Source: Hanamia sp. (lineage in GTDB: Bacteria; Bacteroidota; Bacteroidia; Chitinophagales; Chitinophagaceae). Taken from it: a stretch of DNA of 64,000 nt. A program made the translations under genes and the position numbers. This document shows, piece by piece, positions 57,284 to 64,000 of the stretch. The notes below the pieces were generated by a model. It did not search any database. It saw nothing but the letters and a program-made list of their open reading frames with translations, and had not been told where the DNA came from. The stretch spans positions 3,724,652 through 3,788,651 of the forward strand of contig OZ255711.1 of the NCBI GenBank assembly GCA_965276925.1, written 5' to 3'. The first letter of the stretch is position 1, and each line of letters opens with the position of its first letter.

Positions 57284-59737
57284 TTAAAAAGGATAATCAA
57301 TGCCAATAGTTGCATTAAAATTTTCATAGCGCCATATCCTGTCGTCGAGCGATGTTCCAAAAAGATGGCCTAAGGTTACGGCGGGCAATTGCCATCCGTT
57401 ATTGGCAGTTACATCAGGCCGTTTAAAGCGCAAGCCCACATCAAACCTCAATAAAAAGTAAGTAAAATCGAAGCGAAAACCTACGCCGGAAGACACGCCC
57501 ATTTGCTTGTATAGGTTTTGAAACTTAAACTGTGTAGTGTCGGCGCTGCCATCAGGCTTTGTATTTTTAAAATTCCATACATTGCCTACATCAGTAAACA
57601 AAGCCATTTTAAATAAGATTGCATTGGAAAAAAGCGGCGCTACATTAAACCTGTATTCCGCATTTCCTTCCAGTTGTATATCGCCTGTACGGTCGTTGAA
57701 CAAAATGTTAGAATAAGGGGCTAAAGGCTGTCCGCCAATGCCAATGCCCCGCACCGGCCAGCCGCGCATACTGTTTGGGCCGCCTCCAAAATATTGCTTA
57801 AAGAAAGGTAAGGTGGTATCCGCTTTAGTAAGCGGAATGCCAATGCCGGCAAAGCTTCTGAGAGCTATTGCCGACTTTGGATGATTGATTGTATATGTAT
57901 ATTGAAAGTCTGTTTTTATAAACTCTTTCAAATATTTATTGAAAAAATTTCCATCATCAGCGTTTTTATTTTTTAATTTCAATATCCCCCATATCAATCC
58001 TGATTCTTCTAAATTTGCTTTGAAAGTGCTTACCAGCTTAGGATTGCGGGCATTTGCGTGAGCCAGCGAATAGCTTAAAACCTGCCCCATCACCAAAGCG
58101 GTATTAAAAGAATAGCGCAGGTAAGGATATAAATTTAAAGTGCTGTCGAAGCTATACGACCTGTTGTAGATGCGGTGGTAATCAAAGTTGAAAGGCTTAT
58201 AGGTCCAGAGATGATTTTCTTTTCTCGACCAGTTGTAACCAAGGGAAAGATTGAACACCTGCTGATCAAAAAAATTAATTCTTTTTATTAAAGAAAGATT
58301 GGTGTTTATAAACGTTTGCTTGGTAAGCAGCTTTTTACGATTAAGCGTTCCAAAAGGTGTAATGAATCTTGGAAACAGTATGCTGTTTGTATAAGTAATC
58401 TCAGTGGAGTTTATAGCCGTGCTATAATTATTTAAATGCGCTGTGTTGAACTCTGCTCCCACTCTTATTGCATTGCTCATGCGTGCTGCCTGCTTCCAAA
58501 GGTTACGGTTGGTTATGGAAATATTGCCTGCTATACCCAAAAGATTACCTGTGTTGGTAGCCACAATTGTGGATGCTGTATTAGCTGAATAGCTCAATTC
58601 CAAATTACCTTCAAACGCATATTTCTTTACCGGTGTAAGCTTTATAATCACATCAAGCAGGTTAGAATCTTTTTTCTCCAAAAGGTCTATTGACGGGCTT
58701 TCCCACGCACCAAGCTTATAATAACTGTTGATAGTTTTATAATAATTATCCTCGCTGTATACATCTCCTTTTTTAATAAAAAGCCCTATGCCAGGTATAA
58801 AATATTTATAGAGTTTATTATGATATTTTGTAATAAAATTTTTTGAAATATGCGCTTGCAATTTTGGGTCTGTGTATTCATCGCCGGGTATATAATCGGG
58901 CAGTATGTAAATATTATTGATATAATATTTTTTCAACTTGGTGCTGTCAGATGAATTATTTAGCTGAAATCCCATGCGGATAGTTGGCTTGTTTCTTTTT
59001 TCGTTTGCCTGTGCCAGCAGGCGCAATTGCTCAAACGGATCTTCTGCCACTGATGTTAATGCTTCGATAGATGTGTCGCCGGTTACCCGTATTTCATCAG
59101 CAGTAAATTTGTAATAGCCATTATTTCTAAACAAACCTGTAAGCCTTGCAGACTCAATCTGGACGCTGTTCTTAGTTACCGGATCACTTTTTTGCAACAG
59201 CGATTGACCCTTCGCGGATAGTGCAAGTTGTTCTAAAGCATTATTGGAAAAAAGATAAGCCAGCGTATCAACCAGGGTTCGTTTTCCTGCTACAACTTTA
59301 TAATTTATGATAACCCTCTTTTGCTGGTTTTTAAAATTAACAGTATCGTAGCTGTAAGTAACTTCAGGATGGTAATAGCCAAGATTTACCATCGCTGTTC
59401 TCATGCTTTGCGCAGATTGAATAATGGCAAGCGTATCAAAAGATGGGGGCCTTATAATAGTGTGAAAAATAAAAGCAACATCTTTTATTCTCACTTTTGC
59501 ACTATCATCAAGTTGCGTATTGAGCTTGGAGTTTACGGTTACTTTTTCATCACTGCTTAGGTCTGGAGCAATAAGTAAAATATTATTTTTATAAACAAAA
59601 GGTATATTTTTTTGATATTTATGCACAGATGTGAAGCCTGCATATTTTTCAGAAGAACTACAACCGTATAAGAAAATGAGAGCAGTTATATAATAAAAAA
59701 AAAGAGGAAATTTTTTTAATCCAAACGTTCCGGTCAT
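57284..59737 (-). CDS. Omp85 (BamA/TamA-family) outer membrane protein
   Basis: Lipobox-like YGC, a POTRA-like region, YFGGGPNSMRGW, GDIQLEGNAEYRF and a terminal GIDYPF. Confidence 0.9.
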   Translation of the reverse strand: MTGTFGLKKFPLFFYYITALIFLYGCSSSEKYAGFTSVHKYQKNIPFVYKNNILLIAPDLSSDEKVTVNSKLNTQLDDSAKVRIKDVAFIFHTIIRPPSFDTLAIIQSAQSMRTAMVNLGYYHPEVTYSYDTVNFKNQQKRVIINYKVVAGKRTLVDTLAYLFSNNALEQLALSAKGQSLLQKSDPVTKNSVQIESARLTGLFRNNGYYKFTADEIRVTGDTSIEALTSVAEDPFEQLRLLAQANEKRNKPTIRMGFQLNNSSDSTKLKKYYINNIYILPDYIPGDEYTDPKLQAHISKNFITKYHNKLYKYFIPGIGLFIKKGDVYSEDNYYKTINSYYKLGAWESPSIDLLEKKDSNLLDVIIKLTPVKKYAFEGNLELSYSANTASTIVATNTGNLLGIAGNISITNRNLWKQAARMSNAIRVGAEFNTAHLNNYSTAINSTEITYTNSILFPRFITPFGTLNRKKLLTKQTFINTNLSLIKRINFFDQQVFNLSLGYNWSRKENHLWTYKPFNFDYHRIYNRSYSFDSTLNLYPYLRYSFNTALVMGQVLSYSLAHANARNPKLVSTFKANLEESGLIWGILKLKNKNADDGNFFNKYLKEFIKTDFQYTYTINHPKSAIALRSFAGIGIPLTKADTTLPFFKQYFGGGPNSMRGWPVRGIGIGGQPLAPYSNILFNDRTGDIQLEGNAEYRFNVAPLFSNAILFKMALFTDVGNVWNFKNTKPDGSADTTQFKFQNLYKQMGVSSGVGFRFDFTYFLLRFDVGLRFKRPDVTANNGWQLPAVTLGHLFGTSLDDRIWRYENFNATIGIDYPF

Positions 59738-59742
59738 ACATT

Positions 59743-60489
59743 ATGTTGAGCAAAAAGATGGTCAAATATATTCAAAGTTTAAGCCATAAAAAAGTAAGGG
59801 AAGAGCAGAATGCCTTTGTTGCAGAAGGCCCTAAGCTTATTGCAGAATTCTTATCATCAGGAAAAATTATTTGCAAAAAATTATTTGCAAAAAAAGAATG
59901 GCTTATTGAAAACCAACACTTGTTTCAATACATTATCAATGAGAATATTTTTGAAATTGACGATGATGATTTAAATAAAATATCGCAACTGCAAACACCC
60001 AACAAAGTAATAGCCGTTTTTAATAAAAAACAAAACGATACGTATCCTTCTTTGACCGGAAAGCTATCATTGATGCTGGATGATATACAGGATCCTGGCA
60101 ACCTTGGTACGATCATACGCATTGCAGACTGGTTTGCTATTGATACAATTATTTGCAGCGAAAACTGTGCGGATTGTTACAATTTTAAAGTGGTGCAAGC
60201 CTCAATGGGCAGCCTTGCAAGAGTGCAAATTTTTTATACATCCTTATTATCTTTTATAGACCAGCACAGTGACATTTCAATTTATGCAGCGGCTTTAAAG
60301 GGCAGCTCAATTTATAAAACTTCTCCAATAAAAGAAGGTATCATTCTTATAGGAAATGAATCCAAGGGAATCAATGAAAGCCTTTTGCACAGGGCTTTTC
60401 AAAAGATAACTATCCCGCGCTTTGGAAATGCAGAATCGTTGAACGCAGCGGTTGCAACCGGCATCATTTTATCACATATCAGGAATTGA
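59743..60489 (+). CDS. TrmH/SpoU-family RNA methyltransferase
   Basis: FVAEGPK, DDIQDPGNLGTIIR, IGNESKG and ESLNAAVA. Confidence 0.93.
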   Translation: MLSKKMVKYIQSLSHKKVREEQNAFVAEGPKLIAEFLSSGKIICKKLFAKKEWLIENQHLFQYIINENIFEIDDDDLNKISQLQTPNKVIAVFNKKQNDTYPSLTGKLSLMLDDIQDPGNLGTIIRIADWFAIDTIICSENCADCYNFKVVQASMGSLARVQIFYTSLLSFIDQHSDISIYAAALKGSSIYKTSPIKEGIILIGNESKGINESLLHRAFQKITIPRFGNAESLNAAVATGIILSHIRN

Positions 60490-60523
60490 TATCACCAATT
60501 AATATATTTTTCATAATAATAAT

Positions 60524-60570
60524 ACAATTAAACAATTAAACAATTAAACAATTAAACAATTAAACAATTA
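60524..60570. repeat. 8-mer tandem repeat (ACAATTAA) x about 5.9
   Basis: Read directly, between the convergent TrmH and lolC/E genes. Confidence 0.95.
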
Positions 60571-60575
60571 CCTAA

Positions 60576-61811
60576 TCATCTGAACTCAATCGCTTTTACC
60601 GGTTGTATTTTCCTCACCAGTAAAGAAGGAATAATCAGCATAAAAAAACATACGGCAAATGTAGCGGCATCAACCGCTGCAACCTGCCACCACACTACAT
60701 CTGCATGGGCGGCTTTCATATAATACGCTTCTTCATCAAGCTTTATAAAACCAGTTGTATTTTGAAAATAACATATGGCAAGTCCCAATAAAGTTCCTGC
60801 AATAATTCCTGCTATGGCAATAAAGGTGGTGTTGTATAAAAATATTTTTTGAATGGTTCCATTGCTTGCACCAAGCGCTTTTAATACACCAGTCATTTTT
60901 GTTCTTTCCAACACCAGGATGATCAGGCAGGTTATTAAATTAACCACAGCCACCACCATCATTATTCCAAGTAAAATATTCTTTATTCTTCCCTGCAGGT
61001 TTAGCCAGTCAAATATGTTTGGATAAATTTCCTGTATGGTTTTACTGTACCATTTGCCGGGCAATTCTTCTGCATTAAACAACAAATTATTTACTGAATC
61101 TGTCTGGCGATAATCTTTCAAAAAAACTTCATAGCCACCAATTTCATTGGGTTTCCAGTCATTAAGTTTTTGTAAGAGGCGAAGATCTCCTATACAAAAA
61201 TTATTATCATATTCATCTATACCAGTCTTGAAGATGCCTGCTATCCTCAGTTTGCGGGCACGCTGGCTTCCGTCGCTTTGTATAAACAAAATAATAACGC
61301 TATCATTTACATTTGCCTCGAGCTGGCTGGCAGTGTAGGCAGATATATCAATGTCTTTACTGTAACCGCTGTCTTTAAAAGAAAGCCATGATCCTTTTTC
61401 TAAAAAAAAATTGATCCGGCTGAAATCAAAGCTGCTGTCTATACCTTTCATTAAAACACTTTCTATATCATCATGAAATCGTATGATGGCAGATTTTGTT
61501 GCATACCGTTCTACACTTTTTACCTGGGATAAAGCATGCAAAAAATTTTCAATAGTATCATTCTTCTCTATGGGTGATTCTTCAGCAAGGTTCGTTTGCG
61601 ACATAACGTTTTGCTGTATGCGTATGTGCCCCCAGAAGCTGAAAACCTTATTGCTTATTACATTTTGAAAACCATTAACAAAGCTTAATGCAACTATCAT
61701 TACTGCAACACTTATCATCGTGGCGGTAACTGCAAGGCCGATTATAAATTTTGAAAAAGTTTTTTGTTGATTAAAAGCAATGCGTTTTGCTATGAAAGAA
61801 GAAACATTCAA
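60576..61811 (-). CDS. LolC/E-type ABC transporter permease (FtsX/MacB family)
   Basis: FIAKRI, a periplasmic MacB domain, [19 protein letters not shown] and the terminal PVKAIEF. Confidence 0.9.
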   Translation of the reverse strand: MNVSSFIAKRIAFNQQKTFSKFIIGLAVTATMISVAVMIVALSFVNGFQNVISNKVFSFWGHIRIQQNVMSQTNLAEESPIEKNDTIENFLHALSQVKSVERYATKSAIIRFHDDIESVLMKGIDSSFDFSRINFFLEKGSWLSFKDSGYSKDIDISAYTASQLEANVNDSVIILFIQSDGSQRARKLRIAGIFKTGIDEYDNNFCIGDLRLLQKLNDWKPNEIGGYEVFLKDYRQTDSVNNLLFNAEELPGKWYSKTIQEIYPNIFDWLNLQGRIKNILLGIMMVVAVVNLITCLIILVLERTKMTGVLKALGASNGTIQKIFLYNTTFIAIAGIIAGTLLGLAICYFQNTTGFIKLDEEAYYMKAAHADVVWWQVAAVDAATFAVCFFMLIIPSLLVRKIQPVKAIEFR

Positions 61812-61861
61812 AGGGCTTACATTTGGTATCTTGTAAAACTAATTTTTTTTAAAATATTATA

Positions 61862-63157
61862 ATGAAATCATACAAATTGGTTCTTTCGTTTGTAATGCAA
61901 ATAATTTTTATTCTTACTTTTTATACAACAAATGCACAGGCTGCTGACAGTATATATACGCCCAACATCAAGTCTGCAAGGCTTTACAGCTATGGCAATG
62001 AGTTAGGCATGCCTGTTATTAATTTAAACAGCGGCGACAGATGTGAGCTTCATTTTGACGACCTTGATGCCGATGTAAAAAATTATTATTACACTTACCA
62101 GCTTTGCAATAGCGATTGGTCGCCTGTTGATTTTAACCAGCTTGATTATATAAAAGGCTTTGCGCAAATGCGCATTTCTACTTATCGTTTTTCATCAATA
62201 GCGCTTACAAGATATACACATTATTCCGCTGTACTACCTGACAGGTCTTGCCTTCCGACGAGGTCGGGCAATTATATTTTAAAAGTTTTTATAAACGGCG
62301 ATACTTCACAGCTCGCTTTTACCAGGCGCTTTTTTGTGCTTGATGGCAAAGCATCTGTGCTTGCAAGAATTGTTCAGCCGTATGCACCTGATCTTTTTCA
62401 AACACATCAAAGACTGCAATTTACTGTGTCTGCAAAAGGCATTGATGCATTTAATGCAGGCCAGCAATTGAAGGTTGTTGTATTGCAAAATAATCGCTGG
62501 GATATTGCCCAAACCAACATTCCGCCCACATTTATAAGAGGCACATCTTTGGAATATAATTCTGAAAATGTGGGTGTTTTCCCTGGTGGCAACGAATGGC
62601 GATGGCTGGATATTACAGATTTTCATTTACAAAGCGACAGAGTGGCCAAGGCGGATTACAATAAGCTTTCAACAGATATTTATTTAAAGCCTGACAGGCC
62701 AAGAGATGCATTGCGATATATCTATTACCATGATTATAACGGAATGTTTTTTTCTCCTTCTTTGCGTGGCCTTAATCCTTATTGGGAAGCAGATTATGGC
62801 ACGGTTTATTTTTCTTTTGCGCCCCCTGCAGGCACTCCATATCCGGAAAGTGATCTCTATCTTTTCGGACAGCTTACAAATTATAATTTTAATGATAGCT
62901 TAAAGATGGTTTTCAACCCTGATAAAGGAGTGTATGAAACACACCTGTTATTAAAGCAGGGCTATTACGATTACACTTATCTGGCGGTTAGCAAAAGCAA
63001 TCCTGCCGTGCATTTCGAGTTGGATGGCAATCATTTTGAAACTGAAAATCTTTATACCATTTTAGTGTATTACAGATCATTTACTGATCGTTCAGATCAA
63101 TTAGTTGGTATTGCAAGTTTTGATTCGAGAACCGATAAAAACGGATTGAGTTTTTAG
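61862..63157 (+). CDS. DUF5103 / T9SS plug-type protein
   Basis: LHFDDL, YTHY, GNYILKV, QNNRW, GGNEWR, LLKQGYYDY and ETENLYTILVYYR. The family was recognised from memory. Confidence 0.75.
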   Translation: MKSYKLVLSFVMQIIFILTFYTTNAQAADSIYTPNIKSARLYSYGNELGMPVINLNSGDRCELHFDDLDADVKNYYYTYQLCNSDWSPVDFNQLDYIKGFAQMRISTYRFSSIALTRYTHYSAVLPDRSCLPTRSGNYILKVFINGDTSQLAFTRRFFVLDGKASVLARIVQPYAPDLFQTHQRLQFTVSAKGIDAFNAGQQLKVVVLQNNRWDIAQTNIPPTFIRGTSLEYNSENVGVFPGGNEWRWLDITDFHLQSDRVAKADYNKLSTDIYLKPDRPRDALRYIYYHDYNGMFFSPSLRGLNPYWEADYGTVYFSFAPPAGTPYPESDLYLFGQLTNYNFNDSLKMVFNPDKGVYETHLLLKQGYYDYTYLAVSKSNPAVHFELDGNHFETENLYTILVYYRSFTDRSDQLVGIASFDSRTDKNGLSF

Positions 63158-63236
63158 CAGGATAATAAATTTTTCTTGAAGAAGATTTACACGCGCTTCT
63201 CTATAGAAAATAAAAAGATATTTTGCTGAAAGCAAT

Positions 63237-63261
63237 AAAAAAGCCACCAAAACGGTGGCTT
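63237..63261 (-). terminator. Intrinsic terminator
   Basis: AAAAAAGCCACC-AAAAC-GGTGGCTT downstream of the last minus-strand gene. Confidence 0.75.
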
Positions 63262-63279
63262 CATATTTATAAAAAAAAA

Positions 63280-64000
63280 TTATGCTACCTTTTTTATAGC
63301 GCCGCCCAATGTTGCGCTGCCTTTTGCTTTTGTACCTGCGGTTAAAGTAATTTGTTGCTCAACGGGTGCATAACCCGGGCAAGAAATAGTGATGAAATAA
63401 GTGCCTGCGAGCATACGGTTGATGCTATAGTGCCCTTTTGCATTAGTGATTGCCCTGTAACCTAACTCATCTGATGTAATAACTGCTCCTGAAATAGGCA
63501 GCTTACTTTCATTAGTAATATAACCTGCAAGGCTTGCCACACCTGTGCCCTGGCGCAATTGCAATTGCGCATCGAACACAAATAATGCTTTTGTAGCCGG
63601 ATCGTTCCTAAATACTTGCTGCCCATCTTTCATCATGGCCATTAATGTATTATTAATTCCATTATTAGCCTCTATTTTATCTGCTACCAAAATCTTTTTT
63701 TGGTTATCAGCATTATAGAACAACAACGCCTGGTTAATAAAATCTTCACCAGCCCTGGCAAAGGCTTTTGGAAAAGTGCCAGGCATGTTATCATTAGCCA
63801 TAAGCTCATCCAAATGGGCATCTATAAAATTGTTAGCGGCATTTATTAAATCTGACATAGCTGTCCAGTTATTTGCATCAGCCTTTGCGTAGTAGGACGC
63901 TCCTGCCCCATCCAGCATAGCCGGTACCAGCTCTGCCGAAAAAGCAGCGGTTATATACATTTTCAGGTTTTGCCAGTAGTTTTTTACCGGTACCCCACTT
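63280..64000 (-). CDS. Protein with C-terminal carboxypeptidase-regulatory-like (transthyretin-fold) domain; 5' end off the right edge
   Basis: The frame stays open from 63960 to the edge (SGVPVKNYWQNLK-MYIT). C-terminal LAGYIT...PISGAVI...TNAKGHY...GTYFITISCPGY. Confidence 0.75.
   Translation of the reverse strand, partial: SGVPVKNYWQNLKMYITAAFSAELVPAMLDGAGASYYAKADANNWTAMSDLINAANNFIDAHLDELMANDNMPGTFPKAFARAGEDFINQALLFYNADNQKKILVADKIEANNGINNTLMAMMKDGQQVFRNDPATKALFVFDAQLQLRQGTGVASLAGYITNESKLPISGAVITSDELGYRAITNAKGHYSINRMLAGTYFITISCPGYAPVEQQITLTAGTKAKGSATLGGAIKKVA

Overview
A mostly chromosomal, AT-rich 64 kb segment from a Bacteroidota genome, most likely Chitinophagaceae. The assignment is an inference from TAnnTTTG promoters, T9SS cargo and plug genes, MqnA, a eukaryotic-type citrate synthase and SPII lipoproteins. 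The backbone is housekeeping: purB, prfC, mnmE, gltA, lptF/G, an M16 protease, a nucleotide-sugar block, waaA, tdk, ccmB, sucD, ade, an Omp85 protein, TrmH, lolC/E, tRNA-Ala(GGC) and tRNA-Val(TAC). I found no integrase, transposase, CRISPR array, rRNA or reverse transcriptase. Four things stand out. (1) At two loci (purB, ccmB) a single opposite-strand cargo gene sits between an intact gene and a diverged, dead copy of that gene's 3' end, with no recombinase nearby. (2) A stress-type signalling cluster at 15.8-24.0 kb holds a CheB-CheR-PAS fusion, a PAS kinase whose phospho-acceptor His aligns with Ser, and a sensor-less kinase with an intact His. It has no response regulator, and several genes have sigma54-like upstream motifs. 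(3) A 1308-codon T9SS surface-protein gene is broken by one in-frame TAG at a conserved Trp; its LamG head is duplicated in the neighbouring gene, which has a different secretion tail. (4) A HigBA pair and a PD-(D/E)XK-like gene form an islet behind mnmE. I also found two unlisted small ORFs, an sRNA candidate and several 7-8-mer and palindromic repeats. All family calls come from reading motifs by eye, not from database searches.
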